From assembly GCA_963668625.2 (NCBI GenBank), contig CAXXKA010000001.1, positions 256,001 through 320,000 on the forward strand: a stretch of DNA of 64,000 nucleotides, in the 5' to 3' direction. Shown one piece after another: positions 9,703-18,616 of this stretch (its first letter is position 1; every line of letters starts with the position of its first letter). A program made the position numbers and the translations under genes. The notes beneath the pieces are model-generated. The model searched no databases, had not been told where the DNA came from, and saw only the letters and a list, made by a program, of their open reading frames with translations. This stretch comes from an uncultured candidate division Zixibacteria bacterium (GTDB lineage: Bacteria; Zixibacteria; MSB-5A5; UBA10806; 4484-95).

Positions 9703-10932
9703 ATGAAAAATGTAATACTATTAATAATCCTTGCTATGCCAATTCTTTCTTTTGCCCAGGTGGATAGTGATCCGGGTTTGATATATGAGATGGCTACCGA
9801 GAACAATATTTTTACCGGGGTGAGAGCGGCCGGTATGGGTGGGGCTCAAATCGCCGCGGGCGAGGACGGCTCGGCGCTCTGGTATAACCCGGCGTTACTG
9901 ACTCGTGTCAGGCGGATGGAGGTCTCGGGCTCATTGACTCATCAAAGATTTTTCAACGAAACGAGGCTGGGCAACGTCAGTGGCGAACAGTACCAGTTGA
10001 ACAAAACCAGGCTGTCATCGCTATGGGGAGTTTTCCCGGTACCGACAGAGCAGGGAGGGCTGTCTATCGCGTTCGCGGCCAACCGGGTGAAAAGTTTCGA
10101 TCGTCTGTTTCGTTACGAAAGCGAGACCGGCTGGTTAAGCCATCCCGTGGGTGAAGGTTACGGTGGGGGTGCGGATGATATCGGTAGCTTATGGGCTTAC
10201 TCGGCCGGCGCCGGTATGGAATTGTCCCGTCATGTATCGGTTGGCGCGGCTATAGATATCTATGACGGCCGTGATAAGTACAGTTATTTCATGGATGAAA
10301 TCTATCAATCCGAGCAATACATAGATGCTTTCGAATTACAGGATGATTATTCGGGATACTCCGCTCGTGTCGGTTTCGCTTATTCCGCCAGTCCGGCGTT
10401 ACATTTCGGCGCGACTATCAAGTTCCCGACATATTTGACGGTAGAGCAGGACTATTATGAAAGCGGTTACCACAGTCTCAGCGAATACAAATACAGGCTG
10501 CCTTTTAGTTTCGGTTTCGGTACGATGTTCGCCAATCGGAAATTGATATTAGCTTTCGATGTCAACTACACCGACTACACCCAGCTCGAGTACCGTTCCG
10601 GCGTGGATTACGCCGATGAACTCGCGGTGCGAAACGCTTATAAAGACGTGCTCTCGATTAGCGCAGGCGCCGAATACATGTTTCCCTCACTGGGATTAAC
10701 TATGCGAGCCGGCTACTGCCGCGATCCTATACCGTTTACCTATTACACGGTGGAGAATGATCTGGATATCTATACGGCCGGTTTCGGCTATCTACTGGAT
10801 CGTTCGCTTAAACTCGATGTGGCGGTGAACTTCTTGAACTGGGAGAGGCGCGATAACGATTTCCTGGGCACGAACACATTCGAGAAATACAAAGCCCAGA
10901 GAATTTTCGTGGGATTTACCTATAGAATCTAA
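9703..10932 (+). CDS. OmpP1/FadL/TodX family outer-membrane transporter
   Basis: RAAGMGGA..A..D.SA..YNPA N-terminal signature; C-terminal GFTYRI barrel signal. Confidence 0.82.
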   Translation: MKNVILLIILAMPILSFAQVDSDPGLIYEMATENNIFTGVRAAGMGGAQIAAGEDGSALWYNPALLTRVRRMEVSGSLTHQRFFNETRLGNVSGEQYQLNKTRLSSLWGVFPVPTEQGGLSIAFAANRVKSFDRLFRYESETGWLSHPVGEGYGGGADDIGSLWAYSAGAGMELSRHVSVGAAIDIYDGRDKYSYFMDEIYQSEQYIDAFELQDDYSGYSARVGFAYSASPALHFGATIKFPTYLTVEQDYYESGYHSLSEYKYRLPFSFGFGTMFANRKLILAFDVNYTDYTQLEYRSGVDYADELAVRNAYKDVLSISAGAEYMFPSLGLTMRAGYCRDPIPFTYYTVENDLDIYTAGFGYLLDRSLKLDVAVNFLNWERRDNDFLGTNTFEKYKAQRIFVGFTYRI

Positions 10933-10963
10933 AATTATTCTTCTTCAATTAAATTGTGTGATT

Positions 10964-11000
10964 GCCGCCGCCGGACGAGATATCCGGCGGTGGTTTTATT
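10964..11000 (+). terminator. intrinsic terminator
   Basis: GCCGCCGCCGGA/TCCGGCGGTGGT stem followed by TTTATT. Confidence 0.75.
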
Positions 11001-11128
11001 GATCCTTAAAACCCCGGTTTATCCGGTGTGTACGTTCAAAGCGAAGCGTTGCTCTCTGTTCCCCAGGCACTGCTCGGGTAACTTGCCTGCATTAGCAGTG
11101 TGGACCAACCTGCGTTTCGTAGCGAGAG

Positions 11129-11247
11129 GATATGTCCTGCCGATGTTAGGCTTAGTTCGCTGGTTTCCAAGCGCTGCTTGGAAACCTTTTTGAGCGATGT
11201 AGAATGCGCATTCTGCCGGCAAACAAGCTACGTTGCGAAGCAGTGCT
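11129..11247. repeat. dispersed structured intergenic repeat (REP/MITE-like), copy 1
   Basis: 45/51 nt identical to 54279-54329; AGCGCTGCTT...AAGCAGTGCT inverted pair; perfect hairpin at 11162-11186. Confidence 0.75.
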
Positions 11248-11391
11248 TCGCGACGAGATGGAAAAGGCCGGACAGTAGTGTGATACGGCAGTAAGGAAAT
11301 GATTCTTTCCTGCACGGTGAGTATTTCAACAATCCCTTTTACGCGGATGACAAGCGCGACTTATTTTCCTAAAACGAATTATCGCTTTTAA

Positions 11392-11419
11392 TTGACATCA
11401 CCGATTTAACTTCTATAAT
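11392..11419 (+). promoter_or_regulatory. sigma70 promoter, probably giving a leaderless transcript
   Basis: TTGACA-N16-TATAAT; the ATG at 11427 lies 7 nt after the -10 box; no SD. Confidence 0.7.
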
Positions 11420-11426
11420 TAACCGC

Positions 11427-12623
11427 ATGGAGTTTATTGCCTGTTTCATTCTAATCGTCATCCTCATCCGAGTAAAAACCCCGGTTGGTATAACCCTCGT
11501 TATCGCCTCATTAGCCTTAACCCTGATGGAGTACGGTTTCTCAGTTCGCGTCATCGATCCGTTCTGGGAGACATTGAGAGGCTGGCGCACCTGGAAAATG
11601 ATAATCACCGTGACGCTCGTTATAATTTTAGGGGATGTTCTCTCACGGCAGGGATATCTCGAGCGCATGGTGAACTCCCTGAAATCGTATATCAGTCCCA
11701 ACTGGGTTGCCAGAATTGCGCCTGCGCTTATTGGCCTGTTGCCCATGCCGGGCGGCGCGATGGTCTCAGCCCCGATAGTAGAGGAACTGGCGAAAGACTC
11801 CAAATCCACTCCCGAGGCGAAGACCGTGACCAATTACTGGTGGCGTCATGTATGGGAACCTGTCTGGCCGCTTTATCAATCGGTAATACTGGCGGCGGCT
11901 ATGTTCAATGTCTCGGTCTGGCAAATCGCGGGAATTTGCTACCCTATATCCCTGGTTTGCATCCTGGCCGGCACGTTGACTTTAAAATTGCCGCTTCCCG
12001 GCAGATTGGGCGTCAACAATGGATTCTGGCTGTTTGTTAAAGAGCTGGTTTATTCGATGTGGCCGGTTTTCTTCATAGTAGTATCAGGTATTATATTCAA
12101 TCTCGATTTGATAATCTCGCTATTGCTTTTGTTTGTCGTTTTACTCGTCTTGAAAATCACTAATTTTAAAATGATAGTTAGCAGCTTCCGCAAAGAGTTT
12201 TCATTCGATATCCTCATGATTTTCATAGGCGGGCTTTCCATGATGAATATTATCGAGATGGGGCAAGCCGGGCCGCGAACTCTGGCAGCACTTCAGGCAT
12301 GGGGAGTGCCGATTGACCTGGTGGTGTTTGTCCTGCCGTTTTTGGTTGGCCTGATTACTGGTTTGACACCCGCTTTTGTCGGGGTTGGTTTCCCGCTGGT
12401 AGCCTCGGCTTTCGCGCTTACCGGTCATGTCAATTCGGGAATTTATCTGGCTTACGCCGGTGGATTGGTTGGCATTCTAACATCACCCGTACATTTATGC
12501 CTGGTTCTAACGAAAAAGTATTTCAAGGCCGGATTCAAAGGAATATACAAGCACTTGGTAATGCCGCTTCTTATAACGGTAATTCTTGTTTTCGTAATAA
12601 AATATATCTTCTTCCCCAATTAG
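11427..12623 (+). CDS. DUF401-like membrane transporter (IT superfamily)
   Basis: polytopic; PALIGLLPMPGGAMVSAP, NYWWRHVWE and SPVHLCL motifs. Confidence 0.8.
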   Translation: MEFIACFILIVILIRVKTPVGITLVIASLALTLMEYGFSVRVIDPFWETLRGWRTWKMIITVTLVIILGDVLSRQGYLERMVNSLKSYISPNWVARIAPALIGLLPMPGGAMVSAPIVEELAKDSKSTPEAKTVTNYWWRHVWEPVWPLYQSVILAAAMFNVSVWQIAGICYPISLVCILAGTLTLKLPLPGRLGVNNGFWLFVKELVYSMWPVFFIVVSGIIFNLDLIISLLLLFVVLLVLKITNFKMIVSSFRKEFSFDILMIFIGGLSMMNIIEMGQAGPRTLAALQAWGVPIDLVVFVLPFLVGLITGLTPAFVGVGFPLVASAFALTGHVNSGIYLAYAGGLVGILTSPVHLCLVLTKKYFKAGFKGIYKHLVMPLLITVILVFVIKYIFFPN

Positions 12624-12670
12624 TTAAATCACAGGTCTTTCCAGCCGATATCAATAAAGAAAGGAGACTT

Positions 12671-12943
12671 ATGATGGGTGATTTAACCGTTATCATTCTG
12701 GCAATATTAATTATTTTCCTGTGTTGGATTATTATAAAAGTTAACGAGAAACTCGACAAATACATAAATCGTTTCAAAAAGCTGGAGGCGGCTTTGATGA
12801 AAAACGCCACCGGTCAGATTCCTATTCCAGAAAATAAGGCAAATAAAAGCGATCAGTTGCCTGATACGGATGTGCCTATGGCGGCAACCCATAACGATTT
12901 GCATCGCCACCGCCAGATGATTGCTAAAAGTAAAACCGATTGA
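12671..12943 (+). CDS. small single-pass membrane protein, hypothetical (90 aa)
   Basis: strong SD AAGGAG before the ATG at 12671; one TM segment followed by a coiled-coil-like stretch. Confidence 0.65.
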   Translation: MMGDLTVIILAILIIFLCWIIIKVNEKLDKYINRFKKLEAALMKNATGQIPIPENKANKSDQLPDTDVPMAATHNDLHRHRQMIAKSKTD

Positions 12944-13041
12944 TTCGACATTTCAACTCATACGGATTAATCTCATAATATATAATAGGTTATACTTATT
13001 TAAAGGCACAATTCATGGCTATGAAAATTTGTCCTTGCCTG

Positions 13042-13069
13042 GGAACCATTTTCAATGAATGTTGTATAA
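13042..13069 (+). promoter_or_regulatory. putative ECF-sigma autoregulatory promoter
   Basis: GGAACC-N16-GTATAA just upstream of the ECF sigma gene. Confidence 0.45.
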
Positions 13070-13097
13070 TTAAGTATGAAACCAAGCGAGGTATGTT

Positions 13098-13694
13098 TTG
13101 GATAAGATGACTGACAGAGAACTGTTTGCCCAGGTTGCCGATGATGATGAAAGATCTTTCGGGCAGTTTGTAGAGAGATATAAAAATCGTCTCTACAATT
13201 TTATTTTCCGCATCATTCCAGAAAAAGAGACTGCTGAGGATATTCTTCAGGATACATTTCTCAGGGTTTATAATCAGCGCAAAAATTACAGCCCGGATTA
13301 TGCATTATCCACATGGGTTTATACTATTGCCTTAAACCTGGTGCGCTCCGAGCTTCGTAAGCGCAAGTTAAGGAAGTATCTGAGCCTGGATTTTCTCAAG
13401 GAAGAAAGCGATGTCGAACTTCCGGATAATACCAATCCCGAACCGGGTAAGTTGAAACCGCTTTTAGATAAAGCGATCAAGGGATTGCCCGAGGAGTATC
13501 GCACGGCGTTCATATTATGTGATATCGAACGCTTGCCGTATCATGAAATCGCCGAGATTATGCGCGTACCGGTGGGGACGGTTAAGTCCCGGATAAACAG
13601 GGCGCGGACAATGCTGAGAGAGAAACTATTACCATATAAGGAGTTGAACTATGAACTGTCGAAAGGTCTTCCGCAGGCTCTCTGCTTATATTGA
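13098..13694 (+). CDS. ECF RNA polymerase sigma factor (RpoE/SigW-like)
   Basis: AEDILQDTF, STWVYTIA.N, Y.EIAEIM.VPVGTVKSRINRAR. Confidence 0.93.
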   Translation: MDKMTDRELFAQVADDDERSFGQFVERYKNRLYNFIFRIIPEKETAEDILQDTFLRVYNQRKNYSPDYALSTWVYTIALNLVRSELRKRKLRKYLSLDFLKEESDVELPDNTNPEPGKLKPLLDKAIKGLPEEYRTAFILCDIERLPYHEIAEIMRVPVGTVKSRINRARTMLREKLLPYKELNYELSKGLPQALCLY

Positions 13695-14226
13695 GGATGA
13701 CCTCTCGTCAACGGAGAGAAGCAAGATTGATATTCATTTGAAATCTTGCAGTCATTGCCGTCGGCAAGTCGCTGATTTGAGGAAAATCATCGAGACCGCC
13801 GGAGAGCTTGATCGGTTTGAGCCCGGGCCATATTTCGTAAACCGGGTACTTTGCGCGGTTGGTCAGAAAAAGAGCCCGCGTGAGATTTTATCCGGCTGGA
13901 AATATCGCCTGTCGCTTTCGGGCGTGGCGTTTGTCGTGGCCGCAAGCATGACATTCTTCATTATCGGCCCGCCTGCCACCGTGATGGTGGACAGCAATTC
14001 GGGGGCGGTCGAGATTGAAGCTGTTGACAATATGAACGCCGAGGTCTTACCCGGCAGCGATGATCGCACCACTGATGGTTTCCCTGTGCCGCCCGAGGCC
14101 CTGGAGCGCGACCTGGCGCTGGAGGAGAAACCGCTGCCCGATTCGTTGAATACCGGGCCGGAAATTTTAAGTCGCCGGTATGTGCAGCCGGTTAGTATCA
14201 GAAGTGATAGTAATAAAGCGTTTTAA
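13651..14226 (+). CDS. zinc-finger (ZAS) anti-sigma factor
   Basis: N-terminal C...HLKSCSHC motif; single TM; overlaps the sigma gene. Confidence 0.88.
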   Translation: MNCRKVFRRLSAYIEDDLSSTERSKIDIHLKSCSHCRRQVADLRKIIETAGELDRFEPGPYFVNRVLCAVGQKKSPREILSGWKYRLSLSGVAFVVAASMTFFIIGPPATVMVDSNSGAVEIEAVDNMNAEVLPGSDDRTTDGFPVPPEALERDLALEEKPLPDSLNTGPEILSRRYVQPVSIRSDSNKAF

Positions 14227-14235
14227 AGGAGTTGG

Positions 14236-15534
14236 ATGAAAAGAATCGCTAAAGATTTTTACCTTAAAGTAACAGCCATCATACTTTACACAGCGGTTAT
14301 TGGCTATGCCGGTGTGCTGGAAAATCTCGATAATGAGCTTACTGATCTGGTAGAAAAAGCTCAGCCGTACCTGGTTACGGTTGAGGCCAGGAATAATGAT
14401 CTCGATGAGGTTTTTATCGGCTCAGGCGTGCTAGTGGAGAAGGCCGGTTACGTGCTTACCACCACCTCCGTTGTGGAAAATGGTAACAGCATCAGGGTTT
14501 GCTTCGAGGGAGAACGCAGCTATAAAGCTGACATAGTTGGCGAGGATTTTCATACTGGTCTGGCTCTGTTAAAAATAGATGAAATCCATAAAGATGTACC
14601 AACGTTTGCCGATACCGGGTCGTTGAAGGACGGCTCCTGGATTATCGTAATCGGTAACTCGTATGAGATGTCCAGCGCGGTTAATCTGGGGGTATACTCG
14701 GGTACTACTGATGATGGCTTTTTACAGCTTTCGGTACAGGCGGGTCCGGGAAGCTCCGGCAGCGCCATATTGAACACTCGCGGTGAGTTGATCGGCATAC
14801 TGGTAGCTCAGGCCACCGAGACTGTTTCACTCATGATGCCCGATAAAGCTAAACTTTCGCATGCCAGTGGTGTTTCGCCTAAATCCAGCCCGTCCAATTT
14901 GGCTATGGGGTTGGAGTTACCTGCCTCAGGAACAAGCCTGGCGGTGCCTTCCTCGAAAATCACCGAGGTTATTGACCAGCTTAAACGGTATGGAGTGGTA
15001 AGGCATGGTTACCTTGGAATTCGCCAGGGGCCGCTCGATCCCGAAACTAATGAGCGGCTTGGCTTGAAAACCGCTGCGCTAGTCGTCGCTGTCATCGAGA
15101 AATCACCGGCTGAAAAAGCTGGTTTAAAACCGGGGGATGTTCTCGTATCCGTAAATGATAAAACTATTGGTAGTCCCGGACATTTATCCGACCTTATAAG
15201 AACTCACCGGCCGGGGGATGAGATAAAGCTTGGCGTAATCCGAAATGAATCAAAAATAACGGTAAGGGCGGTTCTGGCAGAGGCCAGGGATCAGGGCTAT
15301 TTCAATGCCCAGAATTTTCAGGTCGGCGAACCTGCTAATCTTTATCGTGACGTTAAGCGGTTTTCGGATAGCTTAAATAACAGAATCAGCGATGCTAAAG
15401 ATACATTTATCGAGGATCAGAGGGTTCACAATTATATCGATAAGCTGGAAAAAAAGATCGTTGATTTAGAGGGTGAAGTTGACGGTTTAACCATTAAACT
15501 TGATGAATTATATGATAAGATAAAGAATAAGTAA
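14236..15534 (+). CDS. HtrA/DegP-like trypsin + PDZ protein, catalytic His and Asp apparently substituted
   Basis: GSGVLV, GYVLTTTSVV, TGLALLKI, PGSSGS; PDZ GYLGI...SPAEKAGLKPGD; C-terminal coiled coil. Confidence 0.85.
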   Translation: MKRIAKDFYLKVTAIILYTAVIGYAGVLENLDNELTDLVEKAQPYLVTVEARNNDLDEVFIGSGVLVEKAGYVLTTTSVVENGNSIRVCFEGERSYKADIVGEDFHTGLALLKIDEIHKDVPTFADTGSLKDGSWIIVIGNSYEMSSAVNLGVYSGTTDDGFLQLSVQAGPGSSGSAILNTRGELIGILVAQATETVSLMMPDKAKLSHASGVSPKSSPSNLAMGLELPASGTSLAVPSSKITEVIDQLKRYGVVRHGYLGIRQGPLDPETNERLGLKTAALVVAVIEKSPAEKAGLKPGDVLVSVNDKTIGSPGHLSDLIRTHRPGDEIKLGVIRNESKITVRAVLAEARDQGYFNAQNFQVGEPANLYRDVKRFSDSLNNRISDAKDTFIEDQRVHNYIDKLEKKIVDLEGEVDGLTIKLDELYDKIKNK

Positions 15535-15693
15535 GCTCGGTTCTGTTAGCAAAGCTCACGTTGTTGTTATAAATAACATCTTTTTCCGCCATATCTTTAA
15601 ATATCATCATAGTTTCTAAGCTTGAATTAAATTCTGATATAATTAATAACGCAATATTTTTAGGAAATTATATTTTACAAAAACTTATTTGTA

Positions 15694-15758
15694 TAACTTG
15701 TTGTTAATAGCTATGATAGCTTTTACTCAATATATAGGTCATCGGCATGAATATTGCG
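15694..15758 (+). promoter_or_regulatory. sigma54 promoter upstream of pilA with near-consensus IHF site
   Basis: CGGCATGAATATTGCG (15743-15758; GG-N10-GC); minus-strand TAACAACAAGTTA at 15694-15706 (1 mismatch to IHF consensus); AT-rich 450-bp intergenic region. Confidence 0.65.
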
Positions 15759-15851
15759 TTTAGTTAAGTGGGAATTTGTTTTTTGTCAATTAAATAGTTG
15801 TAAGCAATACAATTTCAATACCTTACGCAGATTGGGATGAGCTTTTTTGTG

Positions 15852-15880
15852 TTGACCGGCATCACTTGATAGGTTATATT
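15852..15880 (+). promoter_or_regulatory. sigma70-type promoter upstream of pilA
   Basis: TTGACC-N17-TATATT. Confidence 0.5.
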
Positions 15881-15982
15881 TTAAATATGTCAACAATTCG
15901 CTTTCAGCCGTAGTCTGTATATTGAAATTTTGGAGAGATGAATAAAATTATAACATTAATCAATTTTTTGGAGGTTTTTTAG

Positions 15983-16387
15983 ATGTTAAAGCATTTGAGG
16001 GAACGCAAAGGTTTTACTCTCGTTGAAATTCTCATCGTTGTCGTAATGCTGGCTATTTTGTTCGCGATTGCCGTACCGATTTACGTGAACTATGTAGCTC
16101 AAGCCAGGGCGGCCGAGGCGCAGGAGGCTATCAACGCCATCAAGGCTGCGTGCAATGTATATCACGCCAGACGGGGTGTATATCCGGCAACCATCGAGCA
16201 GCTCGACCAGCTTCAGTTCGAACCATCGACTAAAGATCGATGGAATTTTAACTGGGTAGTAGCCGGTAACGGTCTCAATGAAATATCTGCTACCTCCACC
16301 GGTAGAATGCCCGGCGGCGCCGGCAAGAAGGTTACCCTTAATGTGCAGACCGGTGAGTGGCACGGTTATGGTTTCGATACTTACTAG
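15983..16387 (+). CDS. pilA: type IV major pilin
   Basis: class III signal G|FTLVE, hydrophobic helix, AVPIY; first gene of the cluster. Confidence 0.85.
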   Translation: MLKHLRERKGFTLVEILIVVVMLAILFAIAVPIYVNYVAQARAAEAQEAINAIKAACNVYHARRGVYPATIEQLDQLQFEPSTKDRWNFNWVVAGNGLNEISATSTGRMPGGAGKKVTLNVQTGEWHGYGFDTY

Positions 16388-16433
16388 ACCGATAGTTGTT
16401 GTGTAGAAAACTTATTTAGCAAGGCATTTCAAA

Positions 16434-17525
16434 GTGGAAGAATTTGAAGCAGCCGGCGGCACAGTTGTCGCCGACCCCAAGCAGTTACATATAGATGATT
16501 TACTAGAGTTTACGGCACAGCAGGGCGCATCCGACCTCCATCTTTCGATGGGATCGGTACCGATGATTCGCGTCGACGGTAAGATGCTCAAGCTGGAGCT
16601 TGAGGGCCTGACCAAGGATGATATTCAGAGGCTGGTTCTCGAATCGTTAAACCCGGAACTTAAGAAAAATTTCGAGGCAGATTTCGAGGTCGATTTCTCG
16701 CGTGAAGTCTCCGATAACACCCGTTTCAGATGTAATGTTTTTCGTCAGATTAAAGGCATTGCCGGTTCCTACAGGGTGATCCCGGCTAGTATCAGGTCGT
16801 TCGAGGACCTGGGTTTGCCGGATGTTTTAAAGCGTCTATCCCTGCTGGAAAAAGGCCTGGTTATTTTAACCGGTCCGACAGGCTCCGGTAAAACCACCTC
16901 GTTAGCGACAATGGTTGACTGGATTAATCAGAACAAAGAAAGCCATGTTATCACTATCGAGGATCCAGTGGAGTATTTCCATTCATCCAATCAGAGCCTG
17001 ATTAACCAGCGCGAACTGGGTACGACCACGCGTACGTTCTCCCGTTCCCTGAGGGCGGCTCTTCGTGAGGACCCCGATGTGATTCTGGTGGGCGAGATGC
17101 GTGATCTTGAGACTGTCAGTTTAGCCCTGACAGCGGCCGAAACGGGCCACCTCGTATTGACAACCTTGCATACCTCCTCGGCGGCCAAAACTATCGATCG
17201 TATTATCGATGTATTCCCCGGCGAGCAGAAATCGCAGGTCAGGTCCATGCTGGCGGAATCTATTGAGGCGGTTATATCGCAAACCCTGATGCCCCGCAAA
17301 GACAAGGGCAGGGTGGTTGCCTGCGAGATCATGATTGCCAACCACGCGATACGTAACCTTATTCGTGAGGGTAAGATTTACCAGATACCTTCCTCGATAC
17401 AGGCAGGCAGTAAGATCGGTATGCAATCAAAAGATCAACACCTGCTTACTCTGGTTAGCAAGGGTATTCTGGAAAAGACGGAAGCGGCTAAACATGCCGA
17501 TAACCCGAAAGTATTTATGGAATAG
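16434..17525 (+). CDS. pilT: type IV pilus retraction ATPase
   Basis: ASDLHL, GPTGSGKT, TIEDPVE, LREDPDVILVGEMRD, AIRNLIRE. Confidence 0.95.
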   Translation: MEEFEAAGGTVVADPKQLHIDDLLEFTAQQGASDLHLSMGSVPMIRVDGKMLKLELEGLTKDDIQRLVLESLNPELKKNFEADFEVDFSREVSDNTRFRCNVFRQIKGIAGSYRVIPASIRSFEDLGLPDVLKRLSLLEKGLVILTGPTGSGKTTSLATMVDWINQNKESHVITIEDPVEYFHSSNQSLINQRELGTTTRTFSRSLRAALREDPDVILVGEMRDLETVSLALTAAETGHLVLTTLHTSSAAKTIDRIIDVFPGEQKSQVRSMLAESIEAVISQTLMPRKDKGRVVACEIMIANHAIRNLIREGKIYQIPSSIQAGSKIGMQSKDQHLLTLVSKGILEKTEAAKHADNPKVFME

Positions 17526-17530
17526 GCACA

Positions 17531-17977
17531 ATGTTTAAAAAACTCCATAACAATCAGGGATTTACGCTCATTGAGTTGTTTACGGCCATGATAATATTGG
17601 CTATAACCGGCGCTGCTCTATATTTCATGGTCGAGTCGGGTTTAACGATCATGCATGAACAGGAACATCGCAGAATTGCTTTTGAGCTTGCGCAGAAAAG
17701 AATGTCAGCGTTCAAGTTCTTAAGCGATTATCATGATCCTGGGCATGGGCGTGATGTTTTTCGGGTTGGAACCACTGAAGGCACCGAGGTAATTGACGCC
17801 GATATCGGTGATTATGACGACCCCGACGAGACCGCGCTCACGGCCGAATACACGGTTGAGGTGGAACGAAGTAGTTATGGTGATTATGTCATTGTCTCCG
17901 TGGAATACAGGTGGCGGGAATTGTCCGGCGCGGAGTACAATATCTTACTAAAAGATATTTACCCCTATAAATATTAA
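17531..17977 (+). CDS. minor pilin (PilV-like)
   Basis: QG|FTLIE prepilin motif. Confidence 0.8.
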   Translation: MFKKLHNNQGFTLIELFTAMIILAITGAALYFMVESGLTIMHEQEHRRIAFELAQKRMSAFKFLSDYHDPGHGRDVFRVGTTEGTEVIDADIGDYDDPDETALTAEYTVEVERSSYGDYVIVSVEYRWRELSGAEYNILLKDIYPYKY

Positions 17978-17986
17978 TGGAGGGGA

Positions 17987-18589
17987 GTGCTAATGTTCAG
18001 ACGAATGAGAAAAAATAAAGGTTTTACGTTAGTAGAGGTGGCGGCAACGCTTCTCATCTCCGCGATTGTTATCTGGGGGATGCATTACGCTATTGTCTTT
18101 GGGATAAATCATTATAAAGCGGCGTTGTCGAAGCAGATTATGCTCGCCGAGGGCTCTACGATGCTTCGGTTTTTGGAGTATCTGGTCAGGCAGGGCAAGT
18201 CTATCGAGGTGTACGAAAGAGATGATCCGCTCAGAAGCCGGCTTGTCATAAAATTCCCCTCGAGTACGGGTACCCCTTATGTTGAATTATTCGCCAACAC
18301 CACAGATGGTTCACTCCGAATCCATGATCATAGTCCGGGACATAACGCCGCCAACAAGCGGCTTTTACCAATGTCAATTTATAACAATAATAATCATCGC
18401 AGAAATACTGAGTCATTTCAGTATAAGCTTAAGGAATTGAGATTCAGTTTCGCCGATTCGGCGGTGTTTAATGATTATGATAATATACCCCCTGATTCTC
18501 TGAATCGAGTCGTCAAAATCGATCTGGTTATGACCGATTCAGATGCAAATACAGTATCGTTAACCAGTTACCAATCCCGGTTTAACTAG
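17987..18589 (+). CDS. minor pilin (PilW-like)
   Basis: KG|FTLVE prepilin motif. Confidence 0.8.
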   Translation: MLMFRRMRKNKGFTLVEVAATLLISAIVIWGMHYAIVFGINHYKAALSKQIMLAEGSTMLRFLEYLVRQGKSIEVYERDDPLRSRLVIKFPSSTGTPYVELFANTTDGSLRIHDHSPGHNAANKRLLPMSIYNNNNHRRNTESFQYKLKELRFSFADSAVFNDYDNIPPDSLNRVVKIDLVMTDSDANTVSLTSYQSRFN

Positions 18590-18616
18590 AAGATAAACCC
18601 TAAGTTTGGAGGGAGT

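Noticed and set aside
11130-11295. 6S RNA, suggested by the GTCCTGCCGATGTTAG start and possible CTGCCG/CGGCAG closing stem
   Set aside because: The second copy at 54279 lacks the closing complement, and I cannot see the 6S central-bubble pattern. A repeat element explains it better. An Rfam search would settle it.
10954-11315. Short ORFs 10954-11193, 11019-11315 and 11100-11294, and 54226-54447, which shares TKPNIGR
   Set aside because: The shared peptide is just the translated DNA repeat. None has an RBS or protein-like composition.
13003-13020. sigma54 promoter AGGCACAATTCATGGC upstream of the ECF sigma gene
   Set aside because: It reads GG-N10-GG rather than the strict GG-N10-GC.
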